Positions 1 to 8,502 of a stretch of 32,000 nucleotides of DNA are shown piece after piece. A program made the translations under genes and the position numbers. The stretch covers positions 1-32,000 of the forward strand of contig JBAZYK010000003.1 in the NCBI GenBank assembly GCA_041659405.1, read 5' to 3'. Source of the DNA: Candidatus Altimarinota bacterium. GTDB taxonomy: Bacteria > Patescibacteriota > Gracilibacteria > UBA1369. Position 1 is the stretch's first letter. Every line of letters begins with the position of its first letter. The notes under the pieces are model-generated. The model was not told where the DNA came from and ran no database searches. It saw only the letters and a program-made list of their open reading frames with translations.

Positions 1-935
1 CTGCTCACTTTGACTTCCAAATCTTTTAAAACTTCGCGTTCATCAAAATTTTTCTTGACGATTTTTGCCGCTACCACAGTCCCCTTTTGCGGAGTTCCCA
101 AATTCTTCATACGCACACGCGGATCCGCCACAGGTTCCGGTGGAGCCTTTTTTTCCATGCGTTCAAGCGCCTTCTTTTTTTGCGCAACCGTGGCCGTAAA
201 TTTGTATTTAGGATGATTCGCATTTTCGCTAAGCCAAGCCTCCAACTCGTTCACTTCTCTTTGGCTGAATTCATGCAGCTGCAATTTTTTTTGATAACGA
301 TCATAACGCTCAACCAAAAATTCATCGTATTTACAGCCATAAACGTCAATTTTATGATCGCCGGTAATTTCCCAAATTTGATTTGCGACCGCATTGATAA
401 AATAACGATCATGAGAAACAAACGCCACAGAGCCATTAAATCCATCAATAAATTTTGTAAGCCATTCAATGCTAGGATGATCAAGATGATTTGTCGGCTC
501 ATCCAAAAGCAAAATCGTCGGCTCTTCCAGCAACAATTCCGCAATCGCGATCCTGACTCTTTGACCGCCACTTAAGGTTTTCAGCTCCATCAAGACAATA
601 TCAGCCGGCAAACTAACCTCATCCAAAACCATTTCAATTTTGTATGACATCCAATCCTCTTCCAGTTTGCTTTCCAGATATTGGCCAACCAAAGCGTTTT
701 CATCAGGAAACTTAATGTCCTGGCGCAAATAGCCGATCACCTCGTGCGCACAACTGACCGTGCCCGAAGTCGGCTCCAGCTCGCCCTTTAACAGCTTTAT
801 CAGTGTCGATTTTCCACAACCATTTTTGCCCACAATCGCCACGCGCTTTTTGGCTGCACTATCCAAAGAAACGTCCACATCAGCAAAAAGTGTCCCATCC
901 GAGCTGTCAAAAGAAAGATTTTTAGCGATTAACAT
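1..935 (-). CDS. ABC-F family ATPase (partial, runs off left edge; only the N-terminal part is present)
   Basis: Reverse-strand translation from ATG at 935 gives MLIAKNLSFDSSDG..., Walker A GKNGCGKST, signature TLSGGQRVRIA, Walker B ILLLDEPTNHLD, and SHDRYF. It is open to the window edge and absent from the supplied ORF track, probably because it is incomplete. Confidence 0.93.
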   Translation of the reverse strand, partial: MLIAKNLSFDSSDGTLFADVDVSLDSAAKKRVAIVGKNGCGKSTLIKLLKGELEPTSGTVSCAHEVIGYLRQDIKFPDENALVGQYLESKLEEDWMSYKIEMVLDEVSLPADIVLMELKTLSGGQRVRIAIAELLLEEPTILLLDEPTNHLDHPSIEWLTKFIDGFNGSVAFVSHDRYFINAVANQIWEITGDHKIDVYGCKYDEFLVERYDRYQKKLQLHEFSQREVNELEAWLSENANHPKYKFTATVAQKKKALERMEKKAPPEPVADPRVRMKNLGTPQKGTVVAAKIVKKNFDEREVLKDLEVKVS

Positions 936-1130
936 GATAATTTAGCTTTAATTAATGCAGTTTGGCCACCCATAATTCCTCAGCCCAAAACAGCAAATTG
1001 GATTTTAGACCAAGCCGCTGATTTAGCCAAGGTGGAAACGCAATATTGACGAAATCCTCATAAAAGTTCAAATTTACGTCAGCGTTCATAGGACAAAACC
1101 TCAGCTTTTTCATATAAATACCAATCCCCC

Positions 1131-1619
1131 ATGCCCGACATCTACGCCTTTTTGGACCAACATAAAATCAACTATCAACGCTTTGACCACCCTGCGGTTT
1201 TCACGTGCGAAGATGCCGACAAACTCGACCTGAATATGCCCGGAGTATCAATCAAAAATCTTTTCCTAAGGGACAAAAATGCAAAGCGTCATTTTTTGGT
1301 TGTGATCAGTACCAATAAAAAAGCCGATCTAAAAGCTCTAAGTCAGACAATCAACCTTAGCAAACTCAGCTTTGGCTCTCCGGAGAGCCTAAAACAACAC
1401 CTTGGAGTTGAGCCGGGATCCGTTACACTTTTAGGCCTGATCAATGACCCAAACAAAGAAATTGAAGTCTTGATCGATCAAGAACTTCAAGATAAGGCTT
1501 TGCAATGCCATCCACTCATTAATACGGCCTCACTTGTGATCCCCGCGGAAGATATCAAGAAATTCCTGGAAATCACCGGACACGCCACCAAATTCATCGA
1601 AATTCCGGAAAGGGCGTAA
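1131..1619 (+). CDS. YbaK/ProX-type aminoacyl-tRNA (prolyl-tRNA) deacylase-like protein
   Basis: 162 aa with MPDIYAFLDQHKINYQRFDHPAVFTCEDA...GVSIKNLFLRDKNAKRHFLVVI...KKADLKAL...LSFGSPESLKQHLGVEPGSVTLLGLIND, typical of the standalone PrdX/ProX deacylase family. Confidence 0.88.
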   Translation: MPDIYAFLDQHKINYQRFDHPAVFTCEDADKLDLNMPGVSIKNLFLRDKNAKRHFLVVISTNKKADLKALSQTINLSKLSFGSPESLKQHLGVEPGSVTLLGLINDPNKEIEVLIDQELQDKALQCHPLINTASLVIPAEDIKKFLEITGHATKFIEIPERA

Positions 1620-1656
1620 AATCAGCCCCTTTAGCAGCATTCCCCAAAACTCCAAA

Positions 1657-1684
1657 TTGACATTATCGCTTTACCCGCTATACT
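1657..1684 (+). promoter_or_regulatory. Putative sigma70-type promoter upstream of tRNA-Glu
   Basis: TTGACA (1657-1662), 16-nt spacer, TATACT (1679-1684). Confidence 0.6.
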
Positions 1685-1750
1685 TTTCCAGCAAAACACG
1701 AGCAAAGCGGAGGCTCAATTCTGCTTTTTAAAGCAACAGGCTCATTTTAC

Positions 1751-1825
1751 GGCGCCATCGTCTAATGGTTAGGACAACGGATTTTCAATCCGTCAACAGG
1801 GGTTCAATTCCCCTTGGCGCTACCA
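1751..1825 (+). tRNA. tRNA-Glu (anticodon UUC), CCA encoded
   Basis: Acceptor GGCGCCA pairs with TGGCGCT (one G-U); anticodon arm ACGGA-TTTTCAA-TCCGT; T arm AGGGG-TTCAATT-CCCCT; ends ACCA. Confidence 0.96.
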
Positions 1826-1917
1826 TTTCTTAAGCTTTCCAAAACGGAAAGCGCTTTCCAGCCAATTCAATTTGGCTTTAGTTGAAGAATACTTCCACAT
1901 TTTAAGCGTAACCAGAT

Positions 1918-1940
1918 CAACCGACCCCGGTTGTTTTTTT
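1918..1940 (+). terminator. Rho-independent terminator downstream of tRNA-Glu
   Basis: CAACCG-ACCC-CGGTTG stem-loop followed directly by TTTTTTT. Confidence 0.75.
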
Positions 1941-2068
1941 CTTTTAAGCTGCTTTTCTTTCAAATTTTTCATAAGTTTTTGAGTTCAATTAGCGATTTCA
2001 GACAGAAGCGTAACACAAAACAAAACCAAGTAAAACAAGCAAATTTGTAACACCTTATTTTGCCATTT

Positions 2069-2096
2069 TTGACAAACACACATTAAATGATACAAT
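2069..2096 (+). promoter_or_regulatory. Putative promoter of the 2142 ORF
   Basis: TTGACA (2069-2074), 16-nt spacer, TACAAT (2091-2096). Confidence 0.55.
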
Positions 2097-2141
2097 GAGC
2101 ACTCCTCTAACCAGTCGAATTCATTTAATGTCCTTAAAGCC

Positions 2142-2717
2142 ATGAGAAAACCTTCATCTTCTCCGGAAAGAAACACTGAAAAAAGAAGTTTTGTAATGCC
2201 TTTAGCAACAGCCGGGGCCATCTTGGCTGCAAGCATTTTGTGTCATCACCAAGCCATGAAACTTCTTAATGAAGACAGTGCCGAAACACCTACAATATCA
2301 ACACCATCACAACCAACTCCACCTACATCCTCACCTGAACCATCAAATTCTGAGAAGATTGCCGGTATTTCAGCTGTAACATTGACTTCACAGAGAAAAG
2401 CTTCAAAATGTAAAAAACCAACCACAGGCGAAATTATTAAGGGCATAAGGCAAATTTATGAAGCCTCTGACCATGCTAGTTTTGAGCACACAAGCGACTT
2501 AGCTGAAATTTCAGCAGAATACAGCTTTATTGCTCCTGATAGGGGAAAAAGTGTGGGTACATGCAATTTAGAGCTTGGCTTAACATATCACATTGAAAGA
2601 GACCCGGACGAAGAAATACCAGTGGAAATAACGTTTACAGAAAACGGCATACAAAGAACAGAACAACTTTATTTTGATCCAAATCTTTTAAAAACAGGTA
2701 AGCGCATTTCTCTCTAA
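2142..2717 (+). CDS. Hypothetical membrane-anchored/secreted protein
   Basis: 191 aa; N-terminal hydrophobic segment (MPLATAGAILAASIL), Pro/Ser/Thr-rich linker, then a small C-terminal domain; own promoter and a likely terminator. Confidence 0.7.
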   Translation: MRKPSSSPERNTEKRSFVMPLATAGAILAASILCHHQAMKLLNEDSAETPTISTPSQPTPPTSSPEPSNSEKIAGISAVTLTSQRKASKCKKPTTGEIIKGIRQIYEASDHASFEHTSDLAEISAEYSFIAPDRGKSVGTCNLELGLTYHIERDPDEEIPVEITFTENGIQRTEQLYFDPNLLKTGKRISL

Positions 2718-2719
2718 AA

Positions 2720-2752
2720 GAATCTGTTAATTTTCAGGATTCGCACTTTTTT
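2720..2752 (+). terminator. Probable terminator after the 2142 ORF
   Basis: GAATCTG...CAGGATTC imperfect stem followed by GCAC and TTTTTT. Confidence 0.45.
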
Positions 2753-2793
2753 GTAATCCCTTCACTCTTTTTTAATTAACTCCATTTTTAAAA

Positions 2794-3231
2794 TTAAGCC
2801 GAAGCTCCACCAGAAATACCCGTCCCCTTCCCCTCATTCTTCTTCGCAAAATAAGCCTTAATCATCGCCCTAATCATCATCAAAATAAAAATCGAAATGC
2901 CGTAAATCAAAAAAGACACAAAAATAGTTTGCAAAGTTTGATCAGTAACAGTTTGCGTTGCCGGATCCAAACAACCAAAATGTCTGGAAACACCAACCTG
3001 CCCCGGCTTATAAGAATAGGTACTAGAATCAGTCACAAACTGGCTACCACCCCAACAAAGAACCGGTTCGACCACTCTACCAATATCCGGAAAAACCGCT
3101 ACCCCGGCCGAAGCTATCATAAGTCCTACAAAAAAACTGCCCAAAGCGCGCGCCTTCAATGCCGCTGGAGCAAAAGGTTTTGTGGGATCAGTTTTTTGGG
3201 GATAAGCATTTTTAAGATCTCCTAACTTCAT
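2794..3231 (-). CDS. Hypothetical protein with two predicted TM segments
   Basis: 145 aa; hydrophobic segments ALGSFFVGLMIASAGVAVF and IFVSFLIYGISIFILMMI. Confidence 0.65.
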   Translation of the reverse strand: MKLGDLKNAYPQKTDPTKPFAPAALKARALGSFFVGLMIASAGVAVFPDIGRVVEPVLCWGGSQFVTDSSTYSYKPGQVGVSRHFGCLDPATQTVTDQTLQTIFVSFLIYGISIFILMMIRAMIKAYFAKKNEGKGTGISGGASA

Positions 3232-3255
3232 AAAAAAATTGTTATAATCTATAAT

Positions 3256-4521
3256 TTATTTATAACTCACTTTGCCTTTTTCAGCCAATTCCACCCAAGT
3301 CACCCCACGATTCAGTTGGATTTTTTGGCCGCTGGATGAGCCCGCACCAGCGTTAACTCCACTCGCATTCGCGCTAGCACTGCCTGCTCCCGCTCCATCC
3401 GCATAATAAAACTGGGTATGATCCCCGCTTTTAGCTTTTTTCCAGGTGATTGGAATCATTTGCCCGTCGAGGAAAAGAACACCATCCCCTGAACCGATCA
3501 AATCCAATTTCAAAGCACTATCATCACCTTTTTGATTATTCAGAATCGGCGTCATTTTCACATATTGCACAATGATATTTTTCGCAAATAGCTGCTGCCC
3601 GGATTGCGCATCCACATGAGCCACCCCGCCATTTGATCGATTATAAACATTTTTCACAGAATCATATTTCCATTGCGCCAAAAAACTCGGAAAAGAAAAA
3701 TTTACACTAATTGTTTGCGCCGAATTCGCAACAGCTTTAGCCGGCGCGGCCGCCTGAGTTGAAGTTTGAGTCGACGACTGCAAAAGATTAGACACCGGCG
3801 CATCATCCTTAAAACCCCACGATTCAAAACTGCCAAGCTCGGCCTGCCCTTTCACATAATCTCTTAAAGCAAGAATACTTACATACATACCGTGCTCAAA
3901 CCCACGCGTTTTTACACGATTTGAATCGCGCCAATAAGGTTTATCCACAAAAAACTGATCCAGATCATGCAAACCATACTTAGCAATCAGTTTTATACCA
4001 TCCGCACTTCCACCAACATGCGCATACCAGGCATTATATTCACGTACAATTTCCACAAAATAACTGCGAGCACTGCGCACCGGCCCAACCACCAAAACAT
4101 CTTCATTTTGAAAAAGTGCCATAAAACGGGTAATTCCGCCTTCCGCCAAAGTTTCATAAACCACATCGGCCTTATCCAAACCACTTTGTTGTCTAGCCGG
4201 TGGTGAATTTTCAATCATCACGGCCACAACCGGCATTTGCGCACGTTCCTGCGAAATTAGCTGCCCATTTAAAGGACTCGCCACCAAATTTGTTTGAGCC
4301 TGGCTTTGCGACTGACCATTTTGCCCTTGGTCAGCTCCCGAAACACCAATTTCCAATTTCTTCATGCTATCACTTTTATTCCAAAGCTTATTAATATCGG
4401 AAATCTTAAAATCTCCAACTTGGAAATGATAAACATTGTAAAAATCCAGCGCATAAAGTGAAACGCCGGCAATCACAATCAACAAAACCAATGTTCCAAT
4501 AATTTTTAAAAAAGTTTTCAT
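3256..4521 (-). CDS. DUF3048 (YerB-like) membrane-anchored protein
   Basis: N-terminal TM anchor; SPLNGQ, MPVVAVMIENSPPARQQSGLDKADVVYETLAEGGITRFMALFQ, VGPVRSARSYFVEI are characteristic of DUF3048. Confidence 0.9.
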   Translation of the reverse strand: MKTFLKIIGTLVLLIVIAGVSLYALDFYNVYHFQVGDFKISDINKLWNKSDSMKKLEIGVSGADQGQNGQSQSQAQTNLVASPLNGQLISQERAQMPVVAVMIENSPPARQQSGLDKADVVYETLAEGGITRFMALFQNEDVLVVGPVRSARSYFVEIVREYNAWYAHVGGSADGIKLIAKYGLHDLDQFFVDKPYWRDSNRVKTRGFEHGMYVSILALRDYVKGQAELGSFESWGFKDDAPVSNLLQSSTQTSTQAAAPAKAVANSAQTISVNFSFPSFLAQWKYDSVKNVYNRSNGGVAHVDAQSGQQLFAKNIIVQYVKMTPILNNQKGDDSALKLDLIGSGDGVLFLDGQMIPITWKKAKSGDHTQFYYADGAGAGSASANASGVNAGAGSSSGQKIQLNRGVTWVELAEKGKVSYK

Positions 4522-4581
4522 GCGAGCAGCTTAAGCAAAAACGACAACGAAAGCAAATATAGAAAAAGTCCCTCCAACAAA

Positions 4582-4614
4582 AAAAAGAGCTCCCGCAAAA
4601 CAAGAGCTCTTTTT
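4582..4614 (-). terminator. Strong, potentially bidirectional terminator
   Basis: AAAAAGAGCTC (4582-4592), loop, GAGCTCTTTTT (4604-4614); lies downstream of the minus-strand ORF 4626-4832. Confidence 0.8.
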
Positions 4615-4625
4615 GAAACTGCAAA

Positions 4626-4832
4626 CTATTTTTTCTTCATCTCGCATTCACCGCCTTTGCAACCGCAAACAAGGGAATGAAGACCAAAAACGATTAGTAC
4701 CAATGGCCAATACTTCATAAGAGTAAACTCTGGCCAAACACCAAGAGTACCCAGTAAAAACAGAACACCGAAAGCCAGCATCACAATGCCTCTACACATT
4801 TTGTGATACCCGCATGAGCCACCCATCATCAT
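4626..4832 (-). CDS. Small membrane protein, LiaI/DUF5668-like
   Basis: 68 aa, CRGIVMLAFGVLFLLGTLGVWPEFTLMKYWPLVLIVFGLHSL; the paired hydrophobic segments and YWPLVLIVFGL motif are typical of this family. Confidence 0.65.
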   Translation of the reverse strand: MMMGGSCGYHKMCRGIVMLAFGVLFLLGTLGVWPEFTLMKYWPLVLIVFGLHSLVCGCKGGECEMKKK

Positions 4833-4858
4833 AGATGAAAAGGTTAATAAATAAACGG

Positions 4859-5431
4859 CTAAATTGTACTCTGAAAATATATATGAGTAAAGTTTCTAAA
4901 ATTAAAAATCGCCTTTTTCAAAGCCCAAACATAAAGAGAATTCCCTTCCAATTCTTTCAAACAAGCTTCAACACTTGCAATCTGCGCATCCACAAGATCA
5001 CTATCCCGATTAAACAAATCAAACAATTTTTGCGGAGTTAAACGCAACCATAATAATAATCGCACAGAATCACCATCAAACATTTTATTTCTTTGCGGAA
5101 TTTTAAGTGCAAGTGACGAACCCGAAACTACAACTTCAAGTATGGGTTTGCCAAATTTATCTTTAGCCTCCAACAAATCCCCAAAATTTATATGAGGATA
5201 AGCCCGCCAATTTTGCAATAAATATTCAAGCTCATCCAGCCCAAATTCAGGACACCCACATATCAAAAGAACAAGAGCCTCATTGCGAATAACTCTGGCG
5301 ACCTTACCTGCAGCTTCTTCCCCCGCCACACGCTGAAAATTCAGAGTAGAAATTGGAGCAGACGCTTCTTCCAACTCTTCACCCCCTAAAGGAGCTAATG
5401 GTGGTACTGATAGCGTCATATAATGACTCAA
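4859..5431 (-). CDS. Hypothetical protein
   Basis: 190 aa ORF on the same strand as neighbours; content LLICGCPEFGLDELEYLLQNW...; no family recognised. Confidence 0.5.
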   Translation of the reverse strand: MSHYMTLSVPPLAPLGGEELEEASAPISTLNFQRVAGEEAAGKVARVIRNEALVLLICGCPEFGLDELEYLLQNWRAYPHINFGDLLEAKDKFGKPILEVVVSGSSLALKIPQRNKMFDGDSVRLLLWLRLTPQKLFDLFNRDSDLVDAQIASVEACLKELEGNSLYVWALKKAIFNFRNFTHIYFQSTI

Positions 5432-5476
5432 GTTAAGGAGGCAATACTACAACATATTTCAGCAGGTGTAAACCAC

Positions 5477-6892
5477 TTATTTTGATTTTGATGACCGCAA
5501 AGCAGTCAACTTTTCCTTAATTTTCGCCTCAATTCCCCTATCCGTGGGTTCGTAATAAATTTTGCCCTTAAGTTCATCCGGCAAATGTTGCTGATCCACC
5601 TGCGCTCCTTCATACTCGTGCGCATATTTGTATCCTTTGCCATATCCCCATTCTTTCATCAATTTTGTTGGAGCATTACGGATATGCAGAGGAACTTCCA
5701 AATTCCCAAATTTTTGTATGTCTTGTTTGATTTGGCCATAAGCCTTATAAAGCGCGTTACTTTTTGGAGCCATACTTAAATGTACTACCACCTGCGCCAA
5801 ATTCACACTACATTCAGGCATGCCAATAAAATGACAGGCATCCTTGGCCGCAACCGCCACAAGCAGCGCATGCGGATCAGCCATTCCCACATCTTCACTC
5901 GCGAATCGAATTAAACGACGAGCAACATAAAGCGGATCTTCGCCACCTTCCAGCATTCGCGCCATCCAATAAAGCGCCGCATCCGGATCACTATCACGCA
6001 TACTTTTATGCAGCGCCGAAATAATGTTGTAATGCTCCTCCCCTTTTTTGTCATAACGCAGATTTTTCCGCTGAAGAATTTTTTGAATTTCGTCCAGAAT
6101 AATTGTTGATTTTGTGCTGAGCTTAAGCACGATTTCCAGATTATTCAGTAACGCCCGCGCATCACCATTCGCAAACTGAACCAAAAAATCTTTACCATCC
6201 TCATCCATTTTAATTTCAATCTTTTTTGAGTCGGTCGATTTATCGATTTCCGAACCGGTTTTCTGCAAATTTGATTCATTTTCTTTTTGAGCCTGATCTT
6301 TCTGGCGCATTTCCGCCACTTTTTCCAAAGCCCTTTCCAAAATCTGCTTCAACGCCTCTTCATTCAAAGCCTTAAAAACAAAAACCTGTGAACGACTTAA
6401 CAAAGCCGAAATCACCTCAAACGAAGGATTTTCGGTTGTCGCGCCAATCAAAGTAACCGTTCCATCTTCCACATGCGGTAAAAGTGCATCCTGTTGCGAT
6501 TTACTAAATCGATGGATCTCATCTACAAATAACACGGTTCGCTGTCCCATTTTTCGATGTTCACGGGCTCGTTCCACCACTTTGCGCAACTCCGGAACGC
6601 CACTCGTCACCGCACTAACAACCTCAAATTCAGCCGAAGATTCATGAGCTACAATATTGGCTAAAGTGGTTTTCCCACAACCCGGCGGACCATAAAAAAT
6701 CACCGAATGCAGTTTATCCGACTTAATCAATTCACGCAGCATCTTCCCCTCGCCCACCAATTCCTCCTGACCAAAAAATTCCTCCAAAGTTTGCGGACGC
6801 AGCAGGAAAGCCAGGGGCTGCCCCCATCCATTGTCAACTGATTGTGAATTAAAAACATTTGCCATAGGAACTAATCTTAGAGCCAAAACCAT
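5477..6892 (-). CDS. rarA: Replication-associated recombination protein A (RarA/MgsA, AAA+ ATPase); start possibly at 6865 (MANVFN)
   Basis: PLAFLLRPQTLEEFFGQEELVG, Walker A GPPGCGKTTLANIVA, Walker B VLFVDEIHRF, LIGATTENPSFE, QLHLPDELKGKIYYEPTDRG-type C-terminus (DQQHLPDELKGKIYYEPTDRG). Confidence 0.95.
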   Translation of the reverse strand: MVLALRLVPMANVFNSQSVDNGWGQPLAFLLRPQTLEEFFGQEELVGEGKMLRELIKSDKLHSVIFYGPPGCGKTTLANIVAHESSAEFEVVSAVTSGVPELRKVVERAREHRKMGQRTVLFVDEIHRFSKSQQDALLPHVEDGTVTLIGATTENPSFEVISALLSRSQVFVFKALNEEALKQILERALEKVAEMRQKDQAQKENESNLQKTGSEIDKSTDSKKIEIKMDEDGKDFLVQFANGDARALLNNLEIVLKLSTKSTIILDEIQKILQRKNLRYDKKGEEHYNIISALHKSMRDSDPDAALYWMARMLEGGEDPLYVARRLIRFASEDVGMADPHALLVAVAAKDACHFIGMPECSVNLAQVVVHLSMAPKSNALYKAYGQIKQDIQKFGNLEVPLHIRNAPTKLMKEWGYGKGYKYAHEYEGAQVDQQHLPDELKGKIYYEPTDRGIEAKIKEKLTALRSSKSK

Positions 6893-7010
6893 GCCAAACT
6901 CAAGTAAAATCTTTTTAAACCAATTTTAAGCAACTTGCAAAAATTTCCCTTTTTACGTACCCTTAAGTAACTCAAACAATCGGTAAATTAATTCTTAATT
7001 TTTTTATTTT

Positions 7011-7616
7011 ATGAAGTACGAACCAAAACCGTTACCGTTCAAAAAACAGCTCATCGGAATCACCGAAAAAACGCTACAGATCCATCATGACAAGCTTTAC
7101 GTCGGCTACGTTAACAAGCGCAATGAAATCGAAGAAAAACTTAAAACAGCAGACCGCACACTAGCCAACGCCACCTACAGTGAATACGGGGAACTCAAGC
7201 GCGAAGAAAGTTTTGCCACAAACGGCGTTTATCTCCATGAATATTATTTTAATGTTTTAGGAGGAGAAGCCGCCCAAACAAATGCTCAAGCTTCAGCCCC
7301 GGAACTTTTCAAGGCAATTGAAGCCGAATTCGGTTCCTTTGAAAACTGGCTTACCGACTTCAAAGCTGCCGGAATGGTTGCCCGCGGCTGGGTCGTTTTA
7401 GCTTACGATTATAATGATGGCCGCCTGCATAATTACCTCTGTGACGCACATAATCATGGTGGAATTTGGGGAGCAATGCCGGTTATTGTGCTTGATGTCT
7501 ACGAACACGCTTATTTTATTGATTACGGCTCGGATCGCAAAACCTATATTGAAGATTACATGAAAAACCTCAACTTTGAAGCCGCAAACCACCTTTTTAA
7601 GTCAATTAAAAAATAG
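7011..7616 (+). CDS. Fe/Mn-family superoxide dismutase
   Basis: QIHHDKLYVGYVNKRN, NGVYLHEYYFNVLGG, GWVVLAYDYNDGRL, VLDVYEHAYFIDYGSDRKTYIEDYMKNLNFE; all four metal ligands (H, H, D, H) are present. Confidence 0.92.
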   Translation: MKYEPKPLPFKKQLIGITEKTLQIHHDKLYVGYVNKRNEIEEKLKTADRTLANATYSEYGELKREESFATNGVYLHEYYFNVLGGEAAQTNAQASAPELFKAIEAEFGSFENWLTDFKAAGMVARGWVVLAYDYNDGRLHNYLCDAHNHGGIWGAMPVIVLDVYEHAYFIDYGSDRKTYIEDYMKNLNFEAANHLFKSIKK

Positions 7617-7695
7617 TGCAACACGTCCGCATTTTGTGGTATAAATAAACAGGTTCCCGTAAAAATCTATAAAAACCCTCATAATCCCAATTTCC

Positions 7696-8235
7696 ATGCA
7701 AAAAAAAGTTAATAAAAAAACCGGCAAGAACCTGGCTCAAAGAGCATCTGCAAAAGCCGGTCTGCCTGCAAAAAACTCAAAGTTTGCCCGCACAAAACTG
7801 ATTTGCAAATTCTGCCGTGCGATTTACGACGGCAAACACTGGCTCGCTTTTGAAAAACTGGATCCAACCATGATCGACGAAATTAAAGTTAATATTTGCC
7901 CGGCCTGCCATGAAAAAAAAGATCACATTTCCGATGGAGTTTTGCATTTAAGCGGATCAATTCTTGATGCGCATAAAGAAGAAATCAAAAATATTATCGC
8001 CAATGCGGCCAAGCGTGAAGAAGAACGTGATGTCTTGAATCGCATTGAACGCATTGAAGAAAGTAACGGCGAAATGCGCATCTACACTGGTAAAAATCAA
8101 TTAGCGGTTGAACTTGGGAAAAAAGTTAATAGCGCCTACAAAGGTGGAAAACTGGAAATTGTATGGTCAAAAAATGATAAACCGGTTGAAGTAAAATGGC
8201 ATAATGATGTAAAAAGTGAACGCGGCAAGAAATAA
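7696..8235 (+). CDS. Zinc-ribbon protein, possibly NMD3 N-domain-like
   Basis: 179 aa; CKFC and CPAC pairs separated by about 30 aa (LICKFCRAIYDGKHW...NICPACHEKKDHISDG); highly basic termini. Confidence 0.6.
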   Translation: MQKKVNKKTGKNLAQRASAKAGLPAKNSKFARTKLICKFCRAIYDGKHWLAFEKLDPTMIDEIKVNICPACHEKKDHISDGVLHLSGSILDAHKEEIKNIIANAAKREEERDVLNRIERIEESNGEMRIYTGKNQLAVELGKKVNSAYKGGKLEIVWSKNDKPVEVKWHNDVKSERGKK

Positions 8236-8280
8236 AATCTGCCAACCGCGCAAATTCCTAATTATTAATTACTAATTAAC

Positions 8281-8502
8281 ATGATAGTTGTTGTAGACCG
8301 TGAACTTTGTATTGGCGCCGCTCCCTGCGTGGCGATAGCCGGATCCGTTTTCCAATTGGATGATGAAGGAAAAGCAATTGTTTTAGACGCACACGCCGCT
8401 GATGATGCCACAATACTATTAGCCGCAGAAGCCTGCCCTGTAAGAGCTGTTATTCTCTCTGACGAACAAACAAAACAACAAATTTATCCTCCTACAGCTT
8501 GA
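8281..8502 (+). CDS. Small ferredoxin, likely [3Fe-4S] type
   Basis: VDRELCIGAAPCVAIAGSVFQLDDEGKAIVLD...AAEACPVRAV; three cysteines in a CxxAxxC...CP arrangement. Confidence 0.8.
   Translation: MIVVVDRELCIGAAPCVAIAGSVFQLDDEGKAIVLDAHAADDATILLAAEACPVRAVILSDEQTKQQIYPPTA

Noticed and set aside
87-575. 162-aa plus-strand ORF (MRSSQILHTHTRIRHRFR...)
   Set aside because: It is antisense to the well-supported ABC-F gene and has no plausible protein features; a shadow ORF.
1985-2236. 83-aa minus-strand ORF overlapping the start of the 2142 gene
   Set aside because: It overlaps a better-supported gene and its promoter; no family resemblance.
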